From the NCBI GenBank assembly GCA_965205015.1, contig OZ242029.1:2592001-2656000 (forward strand): a stretch of DNA of 64,000 nucleotides, written 5' to 3'. The notes under the pieces were generated by a model that saw only the letters and a list, made by a program, of their open reading frames with translations, was not told the DNA's origin and ran no database searches. Source of the stretch: Candidatus Poribacteria bacterium (GTDB taxonomy: Bacteria > Poribacteria > WGA-4E > WGA-3G). Of the stretch, positions 52,809 to 62,433 are shown one piece after another (within the stretch, counting starts at the first letter, position 1; every line of letters starts with the position of its first letter). Position numbers and translations under genes: made by a program.

Positions 52809-53085
52809 TTAACGTGGTTCTAAATTTTTCAAACGTCTCTCTGCAAGGTCTCGATAGAAACTATCATGCTCGCTAGCCTCCTCAATAATGTCTTTTAACC
52901 ACTTCTTCGCAGTCTCTAAACGCTTAGGTGCATTTTCTAGTGCCGTTTGAGCCTCTTCTTCCTCCTGCTGAGCTTTTTGCCGGTATTCCTGCGCTAGCGT
53001 GGAGCCCGAACTCATCTGAGCAATGTTAGGGCAGACTTACAAAACAGAGGCTCAATAGAGCTAAAGTCTTGAATTTTAGCGACAT
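52809..53085 (-). pseudogene. Small secreted-protein gene with apparent +1 frameshift, or gene remnant
   Basis: AGGAGA RBS then MSLKFKTLALLSLCFVSLP*; removing one C at 53029-53031 joins it to ORF 52809-53015 (277 nt = 92 codons + 1). Confidence 0.45.
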
Positions 53086-53097
53086 TTTGTCTCCTTT

Positions 53098-53412
53098 TCA
53101 ATGATTTACATCTCTTGCAAAGGTTTGGATATCTGAGTAATGATTTCTCAATATGCCTTCGACAATACTCGTTGGGCAATTTCCACGTTTGAGCCAAATC
53201 ACTTTTGGCGGATGTCCGTGAAGAGCACCCTTCTCACCGAAGTCTGCATCTTTTGACACGACAAGATACCCGTTGGCATGGGCATAATCCCATACCTCGG
53301 TATCCTCTGCCGTATCTAATCCAGCGTCTTGAACATGAATGGAATTAGGGAAAAGATCTGATAGTTGGTTTACGAGTTTAGGCGACAGGTTTTGATCGAA
53401 TAGGAGTTTCAT
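53098..53412 (-). CDS. DUF5615 PIN-like toxin
   Basis: MKLLFDQNLS, D.EVWDYA, SKDADF, PPKVIWL..GN. Confidence 0.88.
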   Translation of the reverse strand: MKLLFDQNLSPKLVNQLSDLFPNSIHVQDAGLDTAEDTEVWDYAHANGYLVVSKDADFGEKGALHGHPPKVIWLKRGNCPTSIVEGILRNHYSDIQTFARDVNH

Positions 53413-53635
53413 TGGCGTAGATAACCATCTGTGCTTTTTCTCTGTCCGCCGCGTATGCCAGGCATGCCCGGATGTCTGTTTCAGTTAAATATGGGAAATC
53501 GTCAAGAATTTCTGCGGTTGTCATGCCTGAGGCGAGATACTCAAGAACCTCGTAAACTGTGATTCGCATGCCCCGAATACACGGCTTTCCACCGCGTTTC
53601 CCGGGTTCAATGGTAATAATATCTGTGTAGTCCAT
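53378..53635 (-). CDS. DUF433 antitoxin
   Basis: GKRGGKPCIRGMRITV, EILDDFPYL..DI.ACL.YAA. Confidence 0.9.
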   Translation of the reverse strand: MDYTDIITIEPGKRGGKPCIRGMRITVYEVLEYLASGMTTAEILDDFPYLTETDIRACLAYAADREKAQMVIYANETPIRSKPVA

Positions 53636-53708
53636 CTTCATCTCCTCTACCTGACAGTATGTCACGCTTGAGTGTTTTAATCCATATTTATCTGCGTGGC
53701 GAGAGGCT

Positions 53709-54773
53709 TTACTGGAGAATAATTGTATCATCCGCGCTGTGAACAGGGTGGGGACTCAGGTCATAGTCGCCACCCAACGAAATATTGTCAAGTAGGACGA
53801 CCTCTCCTGAACTCGCGGACTGGTGCATGGCGAATAGCGTCTGGACGACATGCAGGTTACCGCGTCCATACGTGATCGGCGTTTCTCCGGTGCGTAGGCA
53901 CTCCAAAAAGTGTGCCATGACGTTCCCAAAAGCATCTGGAAACCATGTTCCCTCTATTGAGGGTTTAATCTCACGCACTTCCGGCTTGGTGAGTTGAACC
54001 GTCATGTCCTCGCTATTTCCGTAGATTGCGCCTTTGGTACCTTGAATGCGGATTTCCTCGTGTGGGTGTTGTAAGTTGCGTCCGGAATCGGCGAGGAACG
54101 CCCAGTTGCACGAAAGCAAGCCTTGAATACCGTTCCGACTCTTGAAAAGCGCGAGGGAAACGGTTTCTCCGTCCTCAATAGAGCGGTTATGTCCGTGTGC
54201 TTGGCAGTAGACGCTCTCATACTCGCCGAACCATTTATAGATGAGTCCGATGTGATGCACTTGCATCGCTGGAATCAGATGACGTTCAGGGAACTCGGTG
54301 TAGAACCCATTGCAGGTTATCGAGACATGGTAGATTTCGCCGAGGTGCTCAGCGTTGATGTAGGGTTCAATCGCGAGGAAACCGGGAACGAAGCAGGAAT
54401 TCTGGTTCACCATGAGCTGCACGTTGTGTCGCTCACAGGTCTCCACCATTTCGACGGCTTGTTGCATCGACATTGAGAACGGCTTTTGGCAGAGAACATG
54501 CTTACCAGCCTCAGCAGCGGCTTTGACGATGGGGGAGCGGATCCACGGTTGCACTGCCATGTCAACCACATCAACATCGGTATCGGCAATCAGGTCGGCG
54601 ATACAAGTATATCGCTTCTCGATTTGAAATTGTTCTCCAACCTCGTTAAGGCGTCCTGCATCTTTATCACAGATCGCAGCAACGCGCAAGCCTTGACGTT
54701 GATAACCGAGCAGATGTTGCTGTCCGATACCCAACCCGATCAAACCGATGCCGAATTCTTGTGTGTTTGCCAT
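53709..54773 (-). CDS. Gfo/Idh/MocA family oxidoreductase
   Basis: IGLIGLGIG, LCQKP. Confidence 0.87.
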   Translation of the reverse strand: MANTQEFGIGLIGLGIGQQHLLGYQRQGLRVAAICDKDAGRLNEVGEQFQIEKRYTCIADLIADTDVDVVDMAVQPWIRSPIVKAAAEAGKHVLCQKPFSMSMQQAVEMVETCERHNVQLMVNQNSCFVPGFLAIEPYINAEHLGEIYHVSITCNGFYTEFPERHLIPAMQVHHIGLIYKWFGEYESVYCQAHGHNRSIEDGETVSLALFKSRNGIQGLLSCNWAFLADSGRNLQHPHEEIRIQGTKGAIYGNSEDMTVQLTKPEVREIKPSIEGTWFPDAFGNVMAHFLECLRTGETPITYGRGNLHVVQTLFAMHQSASSGEVVLLDNISLGGDYDLSPHPVHSADDTIILQ

Positions 54774-54810
54774 TGCGTCGATTGTCCTCCAACGCAGCGC
54801 TGTGAGACAG

Positions 54811-56073
54811 TTAGATGCCTAACCCTTCGTCAATTTCGCGCTGGTATGTATTAATGGATTCATCCAGCATCTGATCCATTTGAACGATCTGTCCGGTTGC
54901 TCCCGACTCAAGCATGGCATAGGAAAGGGCGACAGACCGGGTCCCCTGATACGCGTCAACCTCAACCTCACTGTTTCCAGCGATAGCCTCAGCGAAATCC
55001 CCATATTCAATAGCGATAATCTTCGGGTCAATTTGCGTAAACGGCAATTCATATTTCCACAACCGGTCCCCACCGAAGAGGTCTGTTGTGACGGCATCTA
55101 AGCGGAAGTCAGGCACGAGGTCCAAGAGTCGCGCGTCGTTAATGGTCTCCTGTCCGTTGATATTGAGGGTGATAATTCCGCCGCTCCGGTCGCCGGGGAG
55201 CGTCATAGAGCCTTGGGATCCGTGGATTTTCCGAAGCCAACCGCCTTGTCCCCAGGCGCCGTGGTCCTCAATATATTGCCCGACAACACCGCTTTTGAAA
55301 GTCAAGGTCGCATACGCCGCATCCTCTGCAGTCGCCTCAAATTCAGCAGGCATCTTGCGTTGCCATTTCGTATACACCCCAGCAGGATTCGAGCCGGATT
55401 CGCCTGTCACTGCGGCAGCATTATACCGGATCGGTTCATGAAGCCGGGTCTGTGCATAGATTGTATCAATATCACCCAGAAGATACTCGATCATGTCCGC
55501 ATAGTGAACGCCGACATCAAGCAATACACCACTTTGGTCTTTCTGGTGTCGCCAGACGGAGATAGTCATACGATTTGTGCCACCGATTGCCTGGTGAATG
55601 AGAAAACGGGGGCTGCCGATGACTTCCGCTTCCAGGAGTGCTTTTGCGAGCCGATTGATCGGGTCGCGCCGATAGTTTTCTGCGACACTCAGAATTGCCT
55701 CGGACGCATCGGCGGCACGGCGAATGAGATTACACGCTCGAACGGTTAATCCCATCGGTTTTTCGACCATCGTGTGCCACCCCCGCTCAAGGGTTTCAAT
55801 GGCGACGGTGTGATGATAGGGGGGTGTCGTTGTTACATCCACAGCATCCACGCCGACTTCAGCAAGTTCTTCCAGACTCTCAACCACAGCAGGCTTCTGA
55901 CCGAAACGTTCTTCTGCTTGCGTAGCGAGTGACTCGGCGTTCGCGAGGACAGGGTCACAAGCACCGACGAGGTCAAACCGCGTCCATCCGACTCGATGAA
56001 GTTCTGCTAACCCGTACATGTGTCGGTGTCCCATACCGCCACATCCAACGATTGCCAATCTAATTTTGTCCAT
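54811..56073 (-). CDS. Gfo/Idh/MocA family oxidoreductase
   Basis: IVGCGGMG, VEKP, LLDVGVH. Confidence 0.88.
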   Translation of the reverse strand: MDKIRLAIVGCGGMGHRHMYGLAELHRVGWTRFDLVGACDPVLANAESLATQAEERFGQKPAVVESLEELAEVGVDAVDVTTTPPYHHTVAIETLERGWHTMVEKPMGLTVRACNLIRRAADASEAILSVAENYRRDPINRLAKALLEAEVIGSPRFLIHQAIGGTNRMTISVWRHQKDQSGVLLDVGVHYADMIEYLLGDIDTIYAQTRLHEPIRYNAAAVTGESGSNPAGVYTKWQRKMPAEFEATAEDAAYATLTFKSGVVGQYIEDHGAWGQGGWLRKIHGSQGSMTLPGDRSGGIITLNINGQETINDARLLDLVPDFRLDAVTTDLFGGDRLWKYELPFTQIDPKIIAIEYGDFAEAIAGNSEVEVDAYQGTRSVALSYAMLESGATGQIVQMDQMLDESINTYQREIDEGLGI

Positions 56074-56111
56074 GCTATCTCCCCGCATCTGACGCACTGT
56101 GTGCGTCTACT

Positions 56112-57530
56112 TTATTGATTAAGAAGCCTTTCTAACCGCTGAAGATCGATCTCCATTTGTGCTGCATTATCACGGTAATATTGAGAGCGGTTCATCACCT
56201 TCTTCGCATATCTTTTACCTCTGCTAATAAGGGGACCGCGTATTTTCACCTTACTGGGACCGACATTATATGCTCCGAGTGCCAAAGTCAAGTTGTTCAA
56301 ATGTTTTTCATGGAGCATCTTAAAGTAAGTCAAACCCGCGTGCAAGTTTTTGTGTGAGTCAAATCGTTCATCTACCTTCGGATCAAGTTTCGGTTTCCGT
56401 TTATTTTGGTACTGCGGCACCTTAAGCCCAAATTCCCGTGCGGTATCAGGCATGAGCTGCATCAAGCCTCCTGCTCCGTTTTTCGACACGGCAATCGGGT
56501 TAAATTTAGATTCCGTATGAATAATAGCAAGCATGAGTGCTGCATCAATGTCATATTCCCGAGCGATTTGGGCAGCCTTGTATTGGTTATTAGCCATCAG
56601 TCTTCGGTTTTCGACTTCTTTGCTGGTTGCTGGTTGCTGGTTGCTGCCTGCTGACCGTGAAATAGGTTGTGGTCCCCCAAAGGACATCCCTATTGAAGCG
56701 AGATGTCTGTGCTTGAAATCATCGTGATTCAAATATGTATAATGAAACTGTTTTCCTAATTGGTTAAGTGAGAACCCTATACTCCAAAATTGAGAAGGAG
56801 TTTCAGTACCGAAGGTAAACATTGATCCGACGCGAGCGGCGATGGTTCTATTTCCGATTTCTACGCTTGTACCAAAATGGGGATGGAGAATATCGAGTCG
56901 ATTATGCCATCGGATAATCGGGTGAGGTGTTAGGACTGCGCCGAGAGCAAGTTGCTGATCAAAGGTTTTCAACACCTGACCCTCTCTATGGCGAATGGTT
57001 ACACCGGCAATATCGCGGAGTCGCATCCCTACAGCAAGGTGAGGGTTAATCTCTGTGAGTACACCAACATCATAATTTGGTGCCCAGAGGCTACCGTAAT
57101 AAGGTGCCCGACTATATCCAGTGCTGGCACCCAGTTGAAAAGCACCGAACCGCCGTGCATAAGAAAAAAGTGCTTGATTATTGCCGAGTTTGAAACTACC
57201 AACTGGGTTCGCGGTATGTTCTACGAGAAATCGATCGCTGCGGTTTAAATCGAGGAAATTTACACCAAATGTGCCAATATATTTGATAGGATAAGCGATG
57301 GAGACAGCACCTTGGGAGAGGTCGTAAATCAGGTTTCCGCGTTCCAACGTGGCAAGTCCCGCGGGATTCCAGAGCGGACTTGTTGCGTCATCTGCGCTGC
57401 TAATAAACGCGCCGCTCAACCCAAGTCCACGCGTGCCGACTTCGGGTCTCAGGTTGAGCGGGTCTGACAATGTGATTTCTTGACTGAGAAAATACGCGAA
57501 TACGAGAAAAACAATTGTTACGAGTAGCAA
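56112..57530 (-). CDS. PorV/FadL-like beta-barrel fused to a C-terminal lytic transglycosylase (SLT) domain; start approximate
   Basis: GTRGLGLSGAF..ADDATS..WNPAGLA; HTESKFNP.AVS..GA.GLMQLMP; ALGAYNVG. Confidence 0.8.
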   Translation of the reverse strand: MLLVTIVFLVFAYFLSQEITLSDPLNLRPEVGTRGLGLSGAFISSADDATSPLWNPAGLATLERGNLIYDLSQGAVSIAYPIKYIGTFGVNFLDLNRSDRFLVEHTANPVGSFKLGNNQALFSYARRFGAFQLGASTGYSRAPYYGSLWAPNYDVGVLTEINPHLAVGMRLRDIAGVTIRHREGQVLKTFDQQLALGAVLTPHPIIRWHNRLDILHPHFGTSVEIGNRTIAARVGSMFTFGTETPSQFWSIGFSLNQLGKQFHYTYLNHDDFKHRHLASIGMSFGGPQPISRSAGSNQQPATSKEVENRRLMANNQYKAAQIAREYDIDAALMLAIIHTESKFNPIAVSKNGAGGLMQLMPDTAREFGLKVPQYQNKRKPKLDPKVDERFDSHKNLHAGLTYFKMLHEKHLNNLTLALGAYNVGPSKVKIRGPLISRGKRYAKKVMNRSQYYRDNAAQMEIDLQRLERLLNQ

Positions 57531-57537
57531 ACCCTGT

Positions 57538-58503
57538 TTATGGTATAATGATGTGATGCGTTGGATTTTCACTTCTGCCTTTGTACCTAATTTCAAAATG
57601 TAAATGGGGTCCTGTTGAGATACCCGTGTTCCCGGAAAGCCCAATGATCTTTCCCTGTGGGACAGTTTGTCCAACTCTCACTCTAATACGTGACAAATGT
57701 CCATACCATGTCGTGAAATTATCCTCGTGTTCTATACCGATAACTTTACCGTAGCCATTGTTGGGACCAGCAAAGATTACTTTACCTGCTCTGGATGCAT
57801 ATACGCGTGTTCCTATGGCAGCCCGGAAATCTATACCCTCGTGAAGTTGGTAACGCCTCGTTACGGGATGATACCGGTAGCCATACCTTGAAGTCACAAC
57901 TAACGGGATGTGAAGTGGATGTGCGAAGGCAATAGGGGGCTCACCATTTGGTATCCGTATTTTTGCGCCGATCTGGAGGCGGTGTGGTGAAGAGATACCG
58001 TTGACCTTCTGCAAATCTCGCCACTTAACCTTATGACGATGGGCAATGCCGGTTAAGGTGTCACCTGCTTTAACGGAATACCAGATCTCCCGAGTAGGGC
58101 TTACAGACCTTGGCAATTTGTTATCCGCTTGTATCCGTATTTTTGCGCCGATCTGGAGGCGGTGTGGTGAAGAGATACCGTTGACCTTCTGCAAATCTCG
58201 CCATTTAACATTATGGCGGCGGGCGATACTCGTTAAGGTATCTCCAGGTTTAACCTGATACCAAACCTCTTGAGCAAGTCCGCCGGGGATCAGAATTTTT
58301 TCTCCGATCTGTAACCGTTTCGTCGGCTGAATGCTGTTAGCCTGTATAATTGACTTGAGAGGTACTTTGTATTTCCGAGAAAGCCCCCACAGTGTATCTC
58401 CTTTTTGCACCAAATGCTGTTGTACATCAGCACTTAATTCGACTCCGGTGATTATCAATACAGACACAATAACTATAACAATACGAATCAATTTTCTCTT
58501 CAT
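57538..58503 (-). CDS. LysM x3 plus M23 metallopeptidase
   Basis: Three V..GDTL..I/L units; HEGID, YGHL, GPHLHFE. Confidence 0.93.
   Translation of the reverse strand: MKRKLIRIVIVIVSVLIITGVELSADVQQHLVQKGDTLWGLSRKYKVPLKSIIQANSIQPTKRLQIGEKILIPGGLAQEVWYQVKPGDTLTSIARRHNVKWRDLQKVNGISSPHRLQIGAKIRIQADNKLPRSVSPTREIWYSVKAGDTLTGIAHRHKVKWRDLQKVNGISSPHRLQIGAKIRIPNGEPPIAFAHPLHIPLVVTSRYGYRYHPVTRRYQLHEGIDFRAAIGTRVYASRAGKVIFAGPNNGYGKVIGIEHEDNFTTWYGHLSRIRVRVGQTVPQGKIIGLSGNTGISTGPHLHFEIRYKGRSENPTHHIIIP
57951..58203. repeat. Exact 73-bp direct repeat in LysM2 and LysM3 coding sequence
   Basis: 57951-58023 is identical to 58131-58203. Confidence 0.9.
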
Positions 58504-58602
58504 TTGATACCCTAAGACAATACAAAGCGAAGACAGACGCTGTCGGGATGTCAAACGCATTAAACGGCTATCGCTTGTTAAGACAGGCTGTGCTTCTATG
58601 TG

Positions 58603-59133
58603 CTAATTTTTAACGGTTAGCAGCACCGTTTTCGTTTCCGAAAAAATTTGGGTATCGGTATCAATTCCAGAGGTGCCGACTGAAACAACTTCACTAATCA
58701 CGGTGACAACAAGTTGGATGACTTCAACTTGAACGTTCTCTCCATTGAGTGCTTGGGGAGCAGTCCACGTAATTGCATTTTCGTTCGCTGCGGAAAGTTT
58801 CCCATGTTTGGTAATATTCAGCCAATTCAATGTGACACTGGTACCTCTAACCCCTGTGACGGAGGCAGTGAGTTCCACCTCTTCACCGGGTTCTACCATT
58901 TTCTTCGTAACGGTGATTTTTACGTCAAGATCGGCAATCTGCCCCGTTGTCTCCTCAGCGTCCAGGTTTTGTGCAAGTTCAACAACATCGTCGGTATTTT
59001 CACTACCCTCGGTGGTTGTATCCCCTTCTGAGACGGGATTGTTGAGATTGCTTCCACCGCAGCCCGCGTAACTTAATACAAAACCTACGAGGAGAATGTA
59101 AAAAGATATTGTAAAGAATCGAAATCTTCTCAT
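58603..59133 (-). CDS. Hypothetical lipoprotein with Ig-like beta-rich domain
   Basis: Lipobox YAGC, acidic linker, beta-rich C-terminus with ITWTAP. Confidence 0.7.
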   Translation of the reverse strand: MRRFRFFTISFYILLVGFVLSYAGCGGSNLNNPVSEGDTTTEGSENTDDVVELAQNLDAEETTGQIADLDVKITVTKKMVEPGEEVELTASVTGVRGTSVTLNWLNITKHGKLSAANENAITWTAPQALNGENVQVEVIQLVVTVISEVVSVGTSGIDTDTQIFSETKTVLLTVKN

Positions 59134-59272
59134 GGCACCATCCTCTCTTCATATTTATTAGATCAATCGAAACGCTTATACGTTTTGAGACTAATACGAC
59201 TCCTGTTTCGTTTGAAAAAACGAGTCGCGAAGAGAGTTGGTTACAGAAAATCAGACAGATTGAAAAATAGAA

Positions 59273-59303
59273 GGTTCGGCTGGGAAGTGATCTCAGCCGA
59301 ACC
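59273..59303 (-). terminator. Hairpin downstream of the diheme cytochrome gene
   Basis: GGTTCGGCTG/CAGCCGAACC stem with a T-rich run nearby on the minus strand. Confidence 0.55.
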
Positions 59304-59309
59304 GATTCT

Positions 59310-60095
59310 TTATTTTTTTCTGCTTTCTATTTCCTGGCGCAGGAATGCGAGAATATCGGCAATGTCCTGATCACTAAGGATGTCAGGTGCATAGAACGGC
59401 ATAAGATATCCGCCGCCGCGAATTTTAATAGCCCAACGCACCATTGTCTTATCAATATCGCGAGGTGCTCTGGAGCGAACAAGTTGCGGACCGATGCCGG
59501 CTTTATTGGCTGCTGGATGGCAGACGATGCATGCGCGTCCAAAAAGTTCCCATCCCTTGTTTGAATCACCCCTCATAGCACCGATTTTCTCACCCGCGGC
59601 TTTTTTCGCATCATCGTCAAGCATTGCAATTTCAAATTCCGGACCTTTATTATCTCCGGAGATAACTTCAAAATAAGCCATGAGTGCTTCGGCGTGTTCT
59701 GCTGGAATAGCAGTGGGATTCACTTTATCGTGTGGAACTCGCTGTAAGAAATGCTCATAACAGAAACCGCCGCCGCCAGCTGCACGTGCGAAATCCGCGC
59801 CTTTAATCATTCCACCTTTGGCTTCTCCGCGGTGAGGAACACCAACAACACTGTGACCTGCTCGAATCAGGCCGTCTGGATTTGCTGACTCATCGAAATC
59901 CGCGTGGCAGTTTGCACAGGAAAGACCAGTTGCATAACCTTGCTTATTCCCTGGTTTAATTGTTCCCTTAAAAGTTGGATCGTGGAAAAGTTCGCGCCCC
60001 AGTTGCGCTTTGTCTGACATTTGGGCTTGTGTGAGAAGGATAAATCCTACAATCAAAACGCCACAGAGGCCAAATGAAACAAATTTACGCATCAT
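59310..60095 (-). CDS. Diheme c-type cytochrome with TsdA/SoxA-like layout
   Basis: Signal peptide, CANCH, extra Cys in GFCYEHF, CIVCH, distal Met in LMPF. Confidence 0.8.
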   Translation of the reverse strand: MMRKFVSFGLCGVLIVGFILLTQAQMSDKAQLGRELFHDPTFKGTIKPGNKQGYATGLSCANCHADFDESANPDGLIRAGHSVVGVPHRGEAKGGMIKGADFARAAGGGGFCYEHFLQRVPHDKVNPTAIPAEHAEALMAYFEVISGDNKGPEFEIAMLDDDAKKAAGEKIGAMRGDSNKGWELFGRACIVCHPAANKAGIGPQLVRSRAPRDIDKTMVRWAIKIRGGGYLMPFYAPDILSDQDIADILAFLRQEIESRKK

Positions 60096-60226
60096 GAATC
60101 TCCTTTCAAAATAAAAACTTCAAATATCTTACTAAGTATTTAATTTATTGTCAAGAAAAAAATAAGGAAATACGTTTTACACTGAATATTGGGTTCGTAT
60201 GGTTCTAATTTTCGCCTAAAAATTAT

Positions 60227-60790
60227 TTAAATTGGCTCCAAAACAGCGATATAAGGTAAATTTCGATACTGCTGTGCGTAGTCAAGTCCGTATCCAACGA
60301 CGAAAGTATCTGGAATTTCAAAGCCGATATAATCAACAGCAACAGGCACTTGGCGTTGAGAAGGTTTATCGAGTAGCGTACAGACTTTAACGGTTTTTGG
60401 GTTCAATGTCTGCAAGTGTTCGCAAAGAGAATTTAAAGTCCGTCCTGTATCGACAATATCTTCTACAATAAGAACATGCCGCTGTTCAAGGTAATCACTA
60501 CCGCCACGGATGAGTTGCACTGTTGAGGGCTGTGTACTGTCGTGGTAACTCGCGAGTTGCACGAACTCAAAGCGAAGTGCGACTTCTCTCGTTTGACTTT
60601 CAAGCTGCGCCTTGAAGATGGCACGTGCAAGATCCGCGAAAAAAAGGACGCTACCCCTAAGGACACCAAGTAGAACCAACTCCTTGTTCTCATAATCGGT
60701 GAATATTTGCGTTCCGAGTTCACGAATGCGGTTCTGAAGGCAGGATTCAGAAATGAGAACGGATTCAGGGAAGGGTTTAGTCACTGACAT
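60227..60790 (-). CDS. hpt: Hypoxanthine phosphoribosyltransferase
   Basis: GVLRGS, VEDIVDTGRTL, LLDKP, FVVGYGLDY..YRNLP. Confidence 0.95.
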   Translation of the reverse strand: MSVTKPFPESVLISESCLQNRIRELGTQIFTDYENKELVLLGVLRGSVLFFADLARAIFKAQLESQTREVALRFEFVQLASYHDSTQPSTVQLIRGGSDYLEQRHVLIVEDIVDTGRTLNSLCEHLQTLNPKTVKVCTLLDKPSQRQVPVAVDYIGFEIPDTFVVGYGLDYAQQYRNLPYIAVLEPI

Positions 60791-62252
60791 AACGTAAGTA
60801 GAGACATTGCCGCGTGCTCGGATGAATCTTGAACGGTTCACTGGTTGTATAACCAACGATCCAGAGAATTTCGTCGCCACAAACCAGCATTGGAATGCGA
60901 TCACGTTCGTCTCGAGGCACCTTGACGTCTATCATGAAATCCTTAATCTTTTTCGTTCCTTGCATACCATAGGGTTGAAATCGGTCGCCTTGTTGTCTAT
61001 TGCGTACTGTAAGCGGAAATGCTTCTGAAGGGAGATCTACCAACGCCCCCCTTACCTTTTCATAATCAAAAATTGCTTCAAATCTTCCATCTGGTAACGT
61101 GAGCACCTCGCGGGACTGGATATCGCCCAATTCAGCGATGATTGCTGTATTTAAAGCGGCGATAAACGTTTTACCGGGAACAGCCAACGGATACGCGAAG
61201 TGCTTAGTCTCAATCGGAAACGACAATCCGGAACTTGTATTCACGTCAAAGATAAGGCATTGATATACACGTCGGAATCGTAATCCGTTTGGAAGTGCCA
61301 ACAGAGCACTCGGGGTATCCCCTTTGATAAGGCCCAGCATCGTTTCACAGTGCGTAAAATAGAGATCACCCGTATCCTCTAACATTTCAAAGAAGCTCTG
61401 CCGAAGCACCCGTCTCTGTACTGCGATGTGAAACTGTAGGAACTTCGCTCTGTCCAACACGACGCTTTCCGATGTTGCGAGTGCCTTAACCTTATCTGGA
61501 TCTCGAACACGGCAGGTCTCAAACGCCTCTTGCGCAACTGTGTCGAGATATTCCGATTCGGCACCTAATACATCAGCAGTCCGGCTCAATCCGACTCTGA
61601 TATTCGGATTATAGTCGCTTTCGAGCTTCGGTATCAACTCATGACGGATACGATTGCGGAAATAGCGGATATCCGTGTTGGTTGAATCATGCCGTGGCAC
61701 TAACCCCTTGGACGTAAGGAACGCTTCAATCTGTTGCCGTGTAAACCCCGCGAGGGGTCGAATAAACTTAAAATCCCTGACGGGAGGAATCCCTTTCATT
61801 CCAGTGGATCCGCTCCCGCGAATGAGGTTCATTAGGACCGTCTCGACGGTATCGTCCTGATGGTGTCCGAGAGCGACCTTAGTCGCACCGGTTTGCTTGC
61901 AGATTTCCTCAAAAAATTGGTACCTCGCTCTCCGAGCCGCTGCCTCCACAGAGAGTTTCCACTGCTTCCCTAAATCAAGCACTTCGGCACGCTGGATAGT
62001 GCAAGACACTCCTAAGTGCGCCGCGTGCTGCTGGACAAAGTCGGCATCCGCATCCGCATCCGGACGAAGACAGTGATTTAGGTGAACGACATGAAGGTGG
62101 CAGTTGAGTTGCGAACGTAAGGCATGCAAACCGTAGAGGAGTGCGAGGGAATCCGCACCGCCTGAGACTGCAACAAGCACTGTTTCGTCGTTCTTAATCA
62201 TCGCGTGCCGCAAAATGAAGCGGTGCATCTGTCGCACAAAGTTGGCTGCCAT
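60777..62252 (-). CDS. tilS: tRNA(Ile)-lysidine synthetase
   Basis: SGGADS, HLNH.LR, HHQDD, IRPL, RNRIR, KKIKD. Confidence 0.95.
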   Translation of the reverse strand: MAANFVRQMHRFILRHAMIKNDETVLVAVSGGADSLALLYGLHALRSQLNCHLHVVHLNHCLRPDADADADFVQQHAAHLGVSCTIQRAEVLDLGKQWKLSVEAAARRARYQFFEEICKQTGATKVALGHHQDDTVETVLMNLIRGSGSTGMKGIPPVRDFKFIRPLAGFTRQQIEAFLTSKGLVPRHDSTNTDIRYFRNRIRHELIPKLESDYNPNIRVGLSRTADVLGAESEYLDTVAQEAFETCRVRDPDKVKALATSESVVLDRAKFLQFHIAVQRRVLRQSFFEMLEDTGDLYFTHCETMLGLIKGDTPSALLALPNGLRFRRVYQCLIFDVNTSSGLSFPIETKHFAYPLAVPGKTFIAALNTAIIAELGDIQSREVLTLPDGRFEAIFDYEKVRGALVDLPSEAFPLTVRNRQQGDRFQPYGMQGTKKIKDFMIDVKVPRDERDRIPMLVCGDEILWIVGYTTSEPFKIHPSTRQCLYLRYVSD

Positions 62253-62312
62253 GAGATATGCCTATTTTTGACAGCAAGTTTTGGAAACTCGCAACGGATG
62301 CCAAAAAGGCGA

Positions 62313-62386
62313 TGCCGGTGCGGAGAGTCGAACTCCGGACAGCACGATTATGAGTCGTGTGCTCTAAACCACTGAGCTACACCGGC
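62313..62386 (-). tRNA. tRNA with CAT anticodon, probably elongator Met (Ile2 not excluded)
   Basis: GCCGGTG/CACCGGC acceptor stem, CACGA-CTCATAA-TCGTG arm, GTTCGAC T-loop; no encoded CCA. Confidence 0.9.
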
Positions 62387-62433
62387 ACGTGTCTGAATGG
62401 GCATGCAAATTCTGCCCTAAGATTTATACATTA

